A stretch of DNA of 64,000 bases from Carpediemonas membranifera BICM (taxonomy: Eukaryota; Protista; Fornicata). Positions 47,845-59,416 of the stretch are shown here, piece after piece (the stretch's first letter is position 1; every line of letters begins with the position of its first letter). A model generated the notes under the pieces. The model worked only from the letters and a program-made list of their open reading frames with translations, was not told where the DNA came from and ran no database searches. A program made the translations under genes and the position numbers. The DNA lies in contig JAHDYR010000037.1 of the NCBI GenBank assembly GCA_019828565.1, forward strand, positions 66,595-130,594, in the 5' to 3' direction.

Positions 47845-48841
47845 AAACTAGGCAGGTACATGCGCAACGGTCTGTGAGATAAATCAGACAATTTGGCTGT
47901 TGCTATAGCTCTATAAGAGCAGCTACAACTGCGCTGCCGGGGTTCCTTCTTCTTCTCTGGCCGTTTCAACACTATTTCACAATTTCACCAGTTTCACACA
48001 ATTGGTGAAACAATGTTCAGAACTCCTTCAGTTTATGGACGTTGGCTCCGAAACTAAAGCAGTGTGTGTATGAGAGTGCCTGATTAAGATTCATCTGATT
48101 TTCATCTGCATTACTTGCGAATTTGCTGTTGTGCTCCTTGTGCACAAAAAAAAGCAAATCTGGATTTGATCTCGAATATTGCCATGATGAAGGCGACACA
48201 AAATGCTCATTTGCCAACCAGTGCAGCTAGAAGAAAATGGTAAAAAGTTATGGATACTGCATGGGATGAGGCCCCCGTTGATGTGTTAAACGGCCATGAT
48301 CGACCGCTCAACGTCAGCGCCTCTTTGGGCACCTTCTGCGGCGGTGGATCATGCCAATTGCCGATCTCAGCTCTATGGAGCTAAGTGCACTTGAGCTCTG
48401 AGCCAAGTCTTCTGATTCCATCTTATCGCCGATAAAAAAATGCAAATTTTGAGATACAGAAGATTGAATCTGTCCCCAGAAAACCGAACATACTCCGATG
48501 ATGTATACTGACTATATACCACCGTAGTATGGCCTGCTTTCTGGGGGACAGCTTCATTCTTTTGATTGGTTGATTCAGTCATTAGTTCCCGGCGACTGAG
48601 AAGGAGTTGACGCATAAAAACAACAGAGGATACTCTTTAGAACACACAGACTTTGCTGACAAGGCCACTTGGTCGTACGACCACTTTTGCCTTCGACCTT
48701 AAAATGCGAGAGGCAATTTGCTCGACCACCAATCTCGCACATGTTACATCAAGCATGGATATGTCATTAATGCACTCGCATCTATCATTTCAGCTGCTTC
48801 TTAGGACTTCGAACGCCCTGAAGCACGAATAAGGAATTTGC

Positions 48842-48889
48842 GTTTATCCTCCGTATATCCCCGGATTAACTGGCCATTCTAACAGTATG
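48842..48889 (-). repeat. Right TIR of B
   Basis: Exact reverse complement of 25418-25465. Confidence 0.95.
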
Positions 48890-48989
48890 GTGATGCAGGA
48901 ATGAGATCAATGCTGCTGACAGGTCTCGAGATGGCAGAGGTGCTGGAGAAGAGAGAGCAGAAACAGAATCAGAAGTAAATGTCCTAAGG

Positions 48990-49414
48990 AGATGTAACAG
49001 AAGTAGCAAGCAATGTTTAATAACGTATGAACAGTCCTTTTGATGTTGTTTAGTGATTTTGTGCATTAACGACCGAGAAAAGTGGAGTGCAACGCAGATG
49101 TTGGTTATTGATGGTAGATGGCGCGCTTTTGACGACAGCTGGTTGCTTTTGCAGTATAAAGAACCGCATAGCTGCCACTAGTTCCTTCCAATAATGCTTT
49201 CCCGCCATTTTGAGGTTGGAATGAAATTCCAAGCACCGTGCACTTTATGTAATTGCCCAATATCAACGCCACCCCCGCCCCCAGCGCCTCCACGCCCCAC
49301 GCCAACGCCACCTCCGCCCCCCTGGCGCTCAGTTCAGGAGATGTCCGGTCGATAAGCCATAAACTGCACGGATCCACAAACGTGGATTGGCCTGAACGAC
49401 AGCGCTGAGGCCCA
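48990..49414 (-). repeat. R module copy 3 (one 39-bp unit, shorter 3' end)
   Basis: Sequence identity to R1. Confidence 0.9.
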
Positions 49415-49455
49415 AACAGGTGGTGAGACATTAAAAAGACTCATTTGCAATCCAT

Positions 49456-50624
49456 TTACTCAGTCCTCACCCTCTTACCACTTGTCTCGATCTCTGAATC
49501 ATCCTCTATTGTGTTGTCCGCATGCTTCTGCTTTTCGGGCGACTCATGGGTCACCGCCGCGGTTTGTCCGAGACCAAATGCCATTCTTGCAAACGCCATA
49601 AGGTCTGGCGGGAATGTACTGCTTGTCGTCAGAGCATTGTAGATCTCAGGACGGATATCTTTCGCCGTTGAGTAAACCATGCACAGATGACTGTGAACAA
49701 TGAGGGTGCTCAAGCCCCTGACTGTATCGTTATCCTTCGGGATCATTCGGTTCTTCAGCAAGGAAGTGAAGTCGGCGAAGTGGATGATGATGACACCAAT
49801 GATGTTGTGAAACTTTGACATCATGCTTTCTGTCTCACCCATCAGTTTCAGACGCTCCACAACGTTGTTGTAGAAGGGGGTCTTCGTTATGTTAAGGCGT
49901 GTGGAAAGTGCACCTTGCTTGTTCGCCTGGACAAAGATCCTCTGCTGCTGAAGAGCCACTGAGAGCAGGGCGTCGCTGGGGGCCACGTTTTCGTTATACT
50001 TAATCTTCTGGCTTGACAAACAGTCGTAGAGACAAAGCTGGTAAGCAATCCAGGCCCGAATAACTCGGACGTTGTTCTCCTGGAATGAGTGTTCCAGCTC
50101 GTGAAGGGTCGACTCACTGGCGTTGAAACCATCCATCCCAGAGATATCGATGGTAATGGCAGAGTTTTTCGGCACGCTGCGAATCCACGTTTCAAGGCTT
50201 GTCTCTTCCTGGCGGCTGAGGTTCTTGAGTGGTACGATGACCTGCTGTTGTGTCGGGGCAGGCGTACCAGCGCGTCGCGGCGCCAGCTGTCTCAGCTTCT
50301 TTGTCTGCACCTTCTTCTTCGCAGACTTGGTGGTCTTGGGCTGAAGCTTGGATGCAGGCTTGGCGGTTTCTCCTACCGCGACAGGCACATCTTCAATGGG
50401 CTCTTGGGGAATCTCCGCCAGGAGATCTAGCTCTTCATGATAGACGGGCTGTCGGCGAAGAGATCGCGCAAGAAACGGTCGAATGCTCTGTCAAACTCAC
50501 CAGAAATGACCGCGGCGATCTTTCGGGCCTGTCTGTTGTTTCTTTCTGATGGGACAGGGCCACAAGTAAGCTCAATAGCAGCAATAAGCTGCTGCAAATG
50601 CAGTTCTGACTCCAGAGTGTCCAT
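49456..50624 (-). CDS. Hypothetical protein (C module; likely one gene with a frame break near 50440)
   Basis: 310-aa ORF plus upstream MDTLESE... segment; duplicated at 12768-13829. Confidence 0.6.
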
Positions 50625-50760
50625 TGCTGCATAAGCTGCACATGAATCCAGCCTGGTCGATTCCTTCACGCGGCAGACAAGAAGAGAGACGTGCCAGGCA
50701 TGGCACTCTCTCTGGCAATGGCAAGTCTTCAACGGGAAGCCGCGAACGCCTCGTTGATCT

Positions 50761-51228
50761 GTCTTGGCATTTGTTGAGGACAACACAGCTGTAAACGACA
50801 ATAAGATGAAACAGAAGTAGCAAGCAATGTTTAATAACGTATGAACAGTCCTTTTGATGTTGTTTAGTGATTTTGTGCATTAACGACCGAGAACAGTGGA
50901 GTGCAACGCAGATGTTGGTTATTGATGGTAGATGGCGCGCTTTTGACGACAGCTGGTTGCTTTTGCAGTATAAAGAACCGCATAGCTGCCACTAGTTCCT
51001 TCCAATAATGCTTTCCCGCCATTTTTGAGGTTGGAATGAAATTCCAAGCACCGTGCACTTTATGTAATTGCCCAATATCAGCGCCACCCCCGCCCCCAGC
51101 GCCTCCACGCCCCACGCCAACGCCACCTCCGCCCCCTGGCGCTCAGTTCAGGAGATGTCCGGTCGATAAGCCATAAACTGCACGGATCCACAAACGTGGA
51201 TTGGCCTGAACGACAGCGCTGAGGCCCA
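50761..51228 (-). repeat. R module copy 4
   Basis: Sequence identity to R1. Confidence 0.9.
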
Positions 51229-51291
51229 AACAGGTGGTGAGACATTAAAAAGACTCATTTGCAATCCATTTAACCACATCACTCTCTCTGA

Positions 51292-51792
51292 TCATTCATA
51301 TTTGAAGGTTAGGGCATTAACAACCATGTGATCCTTCGCGCTGGAGTTAAGACGATAAATGATGTAGTAGGTAAACTCTTCTTCATCGATCTTCTCGTCA
51401 ACAAGCGCCTTATACCAAACCATGAACTCATTGGGAACGGTGACCATCACGAAGACAATCTTGCGTTCAATATCAGAGACACGGAAGGGGAAGTGCTGAG
51501 TCGCAAAGTCAGCTAGCGTCCTGCCGCTACAGGAAAGGGCGATCTTGCCCCAATGCAGGAACTCCAAGTGACGCTGCATGACGCTTGATGCTCGCTCAAT
51601 GCTCGATACATGCTCGACACCACGAGAGGAAGATGATATTGTTCTCGTGATGCTGTCCGTACCCGAGCACCGCACAACTCCGTCTCCATAGCTCTCCTGC
51701 AGAGCAGCCGTTTTCTCGTTGTAAATCGTCGCCGCGTTCTCTGTAGTTAGCCAGAACATCACAAATCGTTCCACACAGGAATCCTCGATCAT
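51292..51792 (-). CDS. Hypothetical protein, 166 aa
   Basis: Protein-like ORF ending just before the R-associated leader; no recognised motif. Confidence 0.5.
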   Translation of the reverse strand: MIEDSCVERFVMFWLTTENAATIYNEKTAALQESYGDGVVRCSGTDSITRTISSSSRGVEHVSSIERASSVMQRHLEFLHWGKIALSCSGRTLADFATQHFPFRVSDIERKIVFVMVTVPNEFMVWYKALVDEKIDEEEFTYYIIYRLNSSAKDHMVVNALTFKYE

Positions 51793-51982
51793 GTTGATGC
51801 ATTGACTTGCGGTCTCTATCTTACCACGCTTTATAGTGGTGTATAGAGCCGCAAGATGCTCAAATGCGATCCACTGTTGGCTGTCTGTCGTCGTCGTTCA
51901 AATCCGATGTACAGGTTATGGAACAGAGAGCGAGTTTCGCAATTGTGAGTGACAACAGGAATGCACACTATCATGATCCCGC

Positions 51983-52678
51983 ATGTTGCTACAGATGGAT
52001 CAGAGGAAGAGGAGAACATTACAATGTCTTTTAGATGATTACGAGAAATTGATGTCTCTGAAAAAGCTCTCTAAGGAGGATAGAGAGCAGTTCCTCGGTG
52101 CAGGTGGCAAGAAGGCGGACTCTGAGCATGCAGGCGAAGAACTACTTGAGAACGGCATCGCTAAGACCGCAGATGGGATCCTTCTTGAGCCACAGAAGTC
52201 CCTCATGGGCACCGATGTTGGCCAAGGGGTCATCTCGTCGCACCGAATCGACGTCGGTTCTCTGGTCGGTGTCTATGCTGGTGAGGTCATCCATGAGCGC
52301 CAGTCAAATGGTAACTACGACTACCTCATCGATGGAACCCAGTTTTGCGTCAGCGCCAACCCTGAAACAATCGGTGTCCATCGCATCAACGACAATTTGG
52401 TCGTGACCAATGTGCAGTGCCACATTGGTCACGTTCTTGTTCGTGTTGCTGCTGATGAGACGAAACTGCTCCCGCTTCTCTTCTTCGTGTGCGTTCGAAC
52501 AATTCACCCCTACGAATATTTATCACTCGAGTACGACCATCACTACTGGGCCCAAGGAGAGTGGGAGCGACTTCCGCTGTTCGTTGTGTCGTTCAAGCGC
52601 CTTGCCCAGAACGCATCCCTCCATGGTATATCTTCTGCCCGAGAGACGGCGCGTCAGTACCTGCGCCTGGCTGAATAG
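51983..52678 (+). CDS. SET-domain protein (C)
   Basis: DVGQGVIS, GVYAGEVI, GVHRINDN..NV, EYLSLEYDHHYW. Confidence 0.8.
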   Translation: MLLQMDQRKRRTLQCLLDDYEKLMSLKKLSKEDREQFLGAGGKKADSEHAGEELLENGIAKTADGILLEPQKSLMGTDVGQGVISSHRIDVGSLVGVYAGEVIHERQSNGNYDYLIDGTQFCVSANPETIGVHRINDNLVVTNVQCHIGHVLVRVAADETKLLPLLFFVCVRTIHPYEYLSLEYDHHYWAQGEWERLPLFVVSFKRLAQNASLHGISSARETARQYLRLAE

Positions 52679-52710
52679 GTAAACGGACGTCTATAGTATC
52701 TATCTTTTGT

Positions 52711-53091
52711 TCCTTTCTGATGTTGTTTAGTGATTTTGTGCATTAACGACCGAGAACAGTGGAGTGCAACGCAGATGTTGGTTATTGATGGTAGATGGCG
52801 CGCTTTTGACGACAGCTGGTTGCTTTTGCAGTATAAAGAACCGCATAGCTGCCACTAGTTCCTTCCAATAATGCTTTCCCGCCATTTTTGAGGTTGGAAT
52901 GAAATTCCAAGCACCGTGCACTTTATGTAATTGCCCAATATCAACGCCACCCCCGCCCCCAGCGCCTCCACGCCCCACGCCAACGCCACCTCCGCCCCCT
53001 GGCGCTCAGTTCAGGAGATGTCCGGTCGATAAGCCATAAACTGCACGGATCCACAAACGTGGATTGGCCTGAACGACAGCGCTGAGGCCCA
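52711..53091 (-). repeat. R module copy 5 (shortest 3' end)
   Basis: Sequence identity to R2. Confidence 0.9.
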
Positions 53092-53112
53092 GACATGCAC
53101 ATATACATTCAT

Positions 53113-54126
53113 TTATTCCTGTCTCGCTCTCTTGCCTGTCTGATCGCGACGTTTGACCCACTCAAATGCCTCATCTGTGAGGTAGACAGAGACGTCGCGA
53201 GTATTCCCAGTCCTAACCTTCCGAATCAACGTTCGGCAAGGATCTTTGGGTGTCGTCGTTGAGGTACGACGGCAAGCCCACTCTGAGGTCTCGCATGAGC
53301 CCCCGCACACGATGCAACGTCCTGACAGGACAAGCGGGGGGTCATGCGTTCTGGCCATAGCTAGCTGGTCCACCTGGCTAGCAGTCAGTGTGCGGGACAT
53401 GAGCGTACCGCGCGTCTTGCCCGTGTCTTCGGGCCTGGGCCTCGGCTCATCCAGGTCTCCGACGTCCGAAGTCGTCATCGTTGCCTGCTCCAAAGTGGTG
53501 GGCTCCGGCTGAGACCTGACACCTGGCAGCCTGAGCATGGTCTTACGGCCGCCGCTACGCAGCCTCTCAATCTCATCCTCAAGAATGCTGACCTTCTTCG
53601 TCAGAGCATGATGTTCACTTGTCGCAACGAGCGACACTGGCGACTTAAGCAGCGCGATGAACGCCCTGACGTTATCGTGCAATGGAACCGAGAAGGCCTG
53701 GGCCAAGCTCTCGACCAGCTCCAGGACCTTGGGCAGGGTGTCGGGCTCAAGCTCATTGTGAGCTGCGCGGTTCCGGTACTCAACGAGATCACGAATGATC
53801 TTGGCATGGGCTTTGTTGTACGCCGCTCGATTGGACATCTCACGAAGGATTCTTGATGAATCCACGTCCTGTTCGAGCTCTTTGCCGAGGAGGTCCTTCT
53901 CGGTGCTATTGGGCTTGCACCCGGGGTTAAATGCAGGCGAGGCCAAGATCTTCCGCATCCAAGGGACCATCATGGCGAGCAGCTGAAGAACTCGCGCATT
54001 ATCGCCAAGGATGCGGAGCTGCTCATCGTTCCATGGTGAAATGAACAGGTGATGATCTTGTCGAGCGGATGATTGCCCTTTGAGAGGTGCTTGGCGATGC
54101 TTAGCGCGATATCGGTCCATCCACAA
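53113..54126 (-). CDS. Swt1-like HEPN protein (copy)
   Basis: One amino-acid difference from 17345-18358. Confidence 0.6.
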   Translation of the reverse strand: MWMDRYRAKHRQAPLKGQSSARQDHHLFISPWNDEQLRILGDNARVLQLLAMMVPWMRKILASPAFNPGCKPNSTEKDLLGKELEQDVDSSRILREMSNRAAYNKAHAKIIRDLVEYRNRAAHNELEPDTLPKVLELVESLAQAFSVPLHDNVRAFIALLKSPVSLVATSEHHALTKKVSILEDEIERLRSGGRKTMLRLPGVRSQPEPTTLEQATMTTSDVGDLDEPRPRPEDTGKTRGTLMSRTLTASQVDQLAMARTHDPPLVLSGRCIVCGGSCETSEWACRRTSTTTPKDPCRTLIRKVRTGNTRDVSVYLTDEAFEWVKRRDQTGKRARQE

Positions 54127-54440
54127 CTGTGGATGACGAGCAATTTAAGGTAGGTGCCGCATCAGTCAATAACCCCGTGCTATCGTGCAATAGAACACAG
54201 TTAACACTGCTTTCCATGCGCAGCAACACAGCCTGTGGCGGAGAGACGCCCGGTATGGACGACACCAGGTGATCCACAAACGTGGATTGGCCAATTACGT
54301 CGGCCCCTCCCATCCCGCATCCCTCAGGATACGCAAGCACAAGCTCTCTCCCTGCAGCACCTCTCTGGCGCTCTCTAAAATCGTCGTATAGCGTAAACAG
54401 AATGTGCCGCATCAGTCATTCGTTCATTTTATTCCACTTA

Positions 54441-55391
54441 TCACTCTTGGTCATCCTCCTCATCACTCACCTCCTCGCGGATACTGACATCATCACGAGC
54501 CTCGTCATGCGCGAGTGTCAATGGCTCTGTAATAGCGCGGGCAGCGTTGGTATACTCACCGTTGAACTGTCGCTGGCCTCTCTGAATGCGAGGAAAGCAA
54601 TTCACGCACACCGGAACACGACGAGAAGGACGCTTCAACATGTCAGTTCCAGTGTCAAAAACGGTGTCCGCGATATGATCCGGACAGAACCAGTTGGAAC
54701 AAAAGTAGCAGAGCATGCTGGGTCCATCCTTAATACTTCTACCACAGTCCGCTGCTTGGGTGGTCTCGGTTGGAGGTGTACGATGAAAGCACTCGTCGTT
54801 ACCATTGATTGCCTTACAGTCATCGCAGATGGATATCTTCTGCTTATCGGCCCTGTTAGATGCCGGGTATGCCATTCGCTCCTCCAAGTAGCCACTGACA
54901 CAGCTATAATGGAAGTACCTCTCGCATTGTTGGCACTGCAGGGAGTTGTCGTCCTCAATCTTCAGCAGCAGATTCATCGGATCGTGACAGACCCCACAAC
55001 ACATGCGCAATGAGTTTCGTAGCTGCTGATAAGTGAAGTTGTCGAGTGCGTGGCGCCGGTTCATTCCTGTCTGGATAAGTGCCGTTGCCTGCGCCACACA
55101 TGTGGAAAATTGGGAAGCGACTTGGTCGATGTGCGCTGCTTCCCGCTGTCTGTGTTCACTGGCCAGATTGTCACGAACAGTTACGACCGACTGAGGGGCG
55201 GGTTGAGACTGTTTCCGAGCCCTCTTGTCCTTCTTCTTCGAATAGGTCTGGAAGGGGATGCTGATGTAGCGCGAAACCGGAGGCTGCCATACCACAGTGC
55301 TAGTGGTACCTGATGCTGCCTGCAGGTTGTCCTGCAGCCTTGATAGGTTGATCTCGCCGAAGTCCTTGAGGAACACACCTGTAGTGATCAA
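54441..55391 (-). CDS. Tandem PHD-like protein (C, 3' part)
   Basis: Copy of 16080-17030. Confidence 0.75.
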   Translation of the reverse strand: MITTGVFLKDFGEINLSRLQDNLQAASGTTSTVVWQPPVSRYISIPFQTYSKKKDKRARKQSQPAPQSVVTVRDNLASEHRQREAAHIDQVASQFSTCVAQATALIQTGMNRRHALDNFTYQQLRNSLRMCCGVCHDPMNLLLKIEDDNSLQCQQCERYFHYSCVSGYLEERMAYPASNRADKQKISICDDCKAINGNDECFHRTPPTETTQAADCGRSIKDGPSMLCYFCSNWFCPDHIADTVFDTGTDMLKRPSRRVPVCVNCFPRIQRGQRQFNGEYTNAARAITEPLTLAHDEARDDVSIREEVSDEEDDQE

Positions 55392-55446
55392 GTCAGTGCA
55401 GTTTATAAATCAGTTCAGCTCCCCTGTGAATCCTACGTTCACCACA

Positions 55447-58089
55447 GTAATATTACTCCTAAGCGCGCGTGTTCAGGGGTTAACAACTGACGTAGAGCTT
55501 TCTTACGGAATTTGGATAGGAAATCACACGTATCTGCCGTTCTAATTGCGTTTGCGGAAATTTCCCGTCTAGAAGTGTCCAATTGCAACTTGAACACAAC
55601 TAGATGCCTCGTTGTAGGTAACTGACAAGGCCTATTGGGCTAGCATCAACGATGCTACTGTAATTCGGCAGAAGCAGCTGTTCAGAATTCCTTGTTGCAC
55701 AACGAGTCCGTATCGTCTCCGAACCACTAAGTCCTCATACCATCATCATCAGAATGGCCGCACACACTAGTCTAGGCTTACAGAGGCAAGTCTTCCATGG
55801 CTACATCCTGAGAATCAACGGCCAAGGCTTCCACGCCACATTCACCTCGGAGACCGGTCCATCCGACCGAAATTCGTCAGCAATGCGGTAGCACACACCT
55901 CATACGACCCACTCCTTGACTGTCGGACCGTGTCTACTTTTCCGCAGTTTTAGGTCAGAGCACCTAGCGCCGCACCTACAATTGCTGATACTTCCCTACG
56001 ATTGCCAATAAGTATGCAGCGACGCTTTGGGAGCATTACAGAAGCAAGTTCTGTCTCCTTGGAGCTATTTTCCAGCTCGGTTTCCTCAAAGATAGACTTC
56101 TTCAGTCTTTTTCCCTTCAGCCAGTATCCCTTAGCGAATACCTGCGCAATTCGGGTTCCATTTAATTAGTTCGTGCATTCCTCAGCGCTTTCTTCCGTCT
56201 TCCGCGCTCCGCTACTCCACACGCACGGTAATTTCTACTTTTCGCCTTCGACGAGTTATTCCACCATTACCGAGCCAGACGATCAAGCTGCGGCTTCACC
56301 AACTGGTTCACGTCCACGCCCGCGACCCTGACCATGGGTTAGAGGTCTCATCTGAGTGAGTCATTCAATTGACCCTCAAGTTATTCATGGGCCCCACGGA
56401 CGCTCCAGTCCCAGCAGCGTTCGGGCACACCCACTCTTTATGACTGATCGGCACTATATCTCCGCCAACTAGATTCATCGGCATCTAGATTCGCCTTTTT
56501 ATATCTTTCTCCAGAGTAAGCCGGGATAGCCCAGCGTCACAACATACATGCTCGAACTTCCAGATCTATCATATCTGTCGAGATATTTTCCATATCTCCA
56601 TATCCAGGCCACAATTTCACACGAACGACTGGGTTTTGAGGCCTGCTCGTCGCAGATCCGCCTCTATAACTTCACCCAACGTTCACAAAGGCTAGGACGT
56701 CACGACACTGACTCGACGTCAGGACAGCTCCTGCCTATACATCCTCAGAGTACCAAGCTCAACTTTCAGCAGCCTGTACGGCTGGGTGCAACCACCATGA
56801 CACATTCGGTACTCCTCTGCTCCTTACATCAGGACACCCCACCGTTGTACCCCCGTGGAGCAATAGTCTGAACGGCTATCCGCGGACACAGCAACCTTAC
56901 GGCGGCCTCAGCGGCTTCCTTAGAACATACATGTGCGACATAGCGCTCCTATATCTTGGCAGCATCTATACACTGTACGCTCATGTGTCTCGACGACACG
57001 CGGCAGTCAACCGCCTGCTCTTGGACAGTCCGCACGTTCCTTCTCTATTATCACTGGCTTGCTTTTACCTCGGGTTACGGTCCCGGCGACCATCCGTGAA
57101 ATCAGCAGCCTCGGCATACATCAGCCGACCGCGCCCACTGACCTCTGTCGCGTACGACTCCCAGTAGCGCTCTTCATGAGCCGAGTCTACACCGCGCGGG
57201 TCCAGCCGGGTCATCTATCGCGCAACAACTGGGTGACATCGCAACACAGACAGCTGCACGCTGGCGACAATACGCCCCGGTTCCTCGCGCCCCTTCAGCT
57301 CTTGGCCGCGCGCTACATCCGTGCCCAAGACCCGAGCTTCACTCTTGCGAAGGCTTGACAACATGTCTCTTGACCAGACCAGCTTCGACACTGAGCCCCA
57401 GATCAGGTTCAAACGTCGGGTCGGTCGACAGTACGTCCCTCCACGAGCGCTCTTCCCTTATGGTGCCGGCTGACAAGTCTTAACTGGGCCAGGAGCCCTC
57501 TCCATAGCTCTCGCACCTAGCTCACCACCCATCGCTAGACTCGTTTTGCAAGTGACTCGACGTCATCAATCAACTCTAGCGTAGCCAACCTTCGGCATCT
57601 TTTCCTCGTGACGGGCGGCAACTTCTCCTCTCACCTCACCCGGTACCAATGCCACCTATCATGCTGTGGGTATATATCAGCCCACGCTCCCGGCATACTA
57701 ACACGCGACAAAGTCTCGACGACAGACGCGACTCATGTAGCCACACCAGTACCGACGCTACAACATCAGCGGCGTCATGCATCCTTCCTATTAGAAGTAC
57801 GACCCTCGAGATTCGGGCCGTGGGGGCAGTGCTGTCAGGTGCATGCCGCTTTGGCGCACCTGACGATCGGCCTTGCCAACGTCCACGCTCTTCCTGACCA
57901 CATCTCGACACTCTTACATTCCCCATCTTTGTTCGACATCAGCGTTCTCAGCAACGACGTTCGACTTCACTATTGACCAAAAGCACGTGGCACACCAACC
58001 TCCAAGTCACGGTCCGCTTCGGTTTTGCCCTGACTCTCTCTTCATTATCATGTCCTGTCCTCACCTTTGGCTCCGGGCCGTGGGGGCAG
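55447..58089. mobile_element. 2,643-bp non-coding insertion X flanked by 67-bp direct repeats
   Basis: 55380-55446 equals 58090-58156. No convincing ORF inside. Confidence 0.55.
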
Positions 58090-58119
58090 TGTAGTGATCA
58101 AGTCAGTGCAGTTTATAAA

Positions 58120-58410
58120 TCAGTTCAGCTCCCCTGTGAATCCTACGTTCACCACAACACCCTTGACCTTACCCTCGGTGTTGATCTGGTAAGACGAGGG
58201 GGCGAGTCCATCCAGAGCGTGGATAAGGGCATGACGAAGAGAACAAGCCATCGCTTGCTTCTTCTTGTAGAGAGCTCGGATATCATCTGGCAGAATAGCC
58301 CAGCACACCTCTGAAACCGCAACAGGCATGGCTTGAGCACAATCGCGTTGAAAGTAGAATACTTCTTTTGCAATTGCAATCAGGATTTCTCGTTTTTGGG
58401 TCTTTTCCAT
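58120..58410 (-). CDS. Probable 5' exon of the C PHD gene
   Basis: ATG ORF runs into the 67-bp repeat that also directly precedes the PHD ORF. Confidence 0.45.
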   Translation of the reverse strand: MEKTQKREILIAIAKEVFYFQRDCAQAMPVAVSEVCWAILPDDIRALYKKKQAMACSLRHALIHALDGLAPSSYQINTEGKVKGVVVNVGFTGELN

Positions 58411-58923
58411 GATGCCTGTATGTGCACTTTAAGGTTGAAGATTGCTCACACAATTTGACTTTTCTTTATCGAATGGGATAAAGTTGGAAGTAAATAAAGT
58501 ACTATTCCGTTGCTAGGACAGCAAGGGGATGTTACAGTAGGAGTTTCAACACTTTTTGAGAGGATACCCCTCAGAGGTGACAGTGCAACACCCGAAATTT
58601 TGTCTATACACGTCATATACAAGGTCTAATGCATCTTTGCCAACCACTTTTAGCGTTTGTATGTGTCAGACGATCGAGTTCTGAAGAGCGACTTTGGCCA
58701 AGTCATGCGACCTTATCCTGCACTGACGATACGGAAAACGATCATAAATATTTTTTGTGACATCGACATGCGCTAATAATGTTTCCAGAGGTAGAACTAG
58801 GCTAGTAGAAGACTGTCACCCACTTTGGGGATGATCCGACGACATCGATCAAAATCAATCAAGGATTCCGGGACTTGATTCTGGGACTTTAAGTCCCGGT
58901 TAGAGTACCGGAAAACGCAGCAT

Positions 58924-59416
58924 GAAGAAGAATGGCGCTGGGCCCCAGCCGAAGGGTAGGACGTTGAAGGCATAGGGTCTCCCGTCGACCACGAAACCCA
59001 GCAGCGGGCTGTCCGAGGCCCTGACCCCTAACTGGTAGTAGCCCTTGACTAGGTCCAAGCGTGCCATGTAGTCTCCTTCGCGAAGCTGGGCCATCGCTTG
59101 CTTGACTCCCTTCAGCCGAAAGGTTCGATGTTCCGTTGACACTGCGTTCAATGCCCTTAGGTCGTGGATCAGACGCGTCTCTGGTGGCGTCTTCGGCACA
59201 GTGAAGATAGGTGAGATCAAGCTGGGAGACCGGCATGGGCTTGCCGCGCCCAGGCTCAGGAGGGTTTTCAGGTGGTCGCGGAATGCCTTGCGGTCCTTGG
59301 CGCGAGTTGGTGGTAGGCGCGGATGACGAGGGTGCGCTCTTAGGGATATCGGGACGCCCTCTCGTAGCCACGTAACCACCTCTGATGGCGCGCCCAAGTG
59401 CCTCCATAGGCGCCAC
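58924..59416 (-). pseudogene. DIRS reverse transcriptase, N-terminal half
   Basis: SPIFTVPK..RLIHDLRALN..LDLVKGYYQL..VLPFGW. Confidence 0.9.

Larger units (their letters stand above)
25418..48889 (-). mobile_element. Cargo DNA transposon family B (~12.1 kb net, contains nested A)
   Basis: Perfect 48-bp TIRs at 25418-25465 and 48842-48889, flanked by a GT/GT 2-bp TSD. Gene order is identical to A. Confidence 0.93.

Noticed and set aside
1-58541. Endogenous giant virus, Polinton/Maverick or virophage
   Set aside because: No recognisable capsid, packaging ATPase, PolB or retroviral-type integrase. Boundaries are short TIRs with 2-bp TSDs.
58868-58899. GGGACTT/AAGTCCC hairpin as a Helitron 3' end
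   Set aside because: No CTRR terminus follows, and no Rep/helicase is present in the window.
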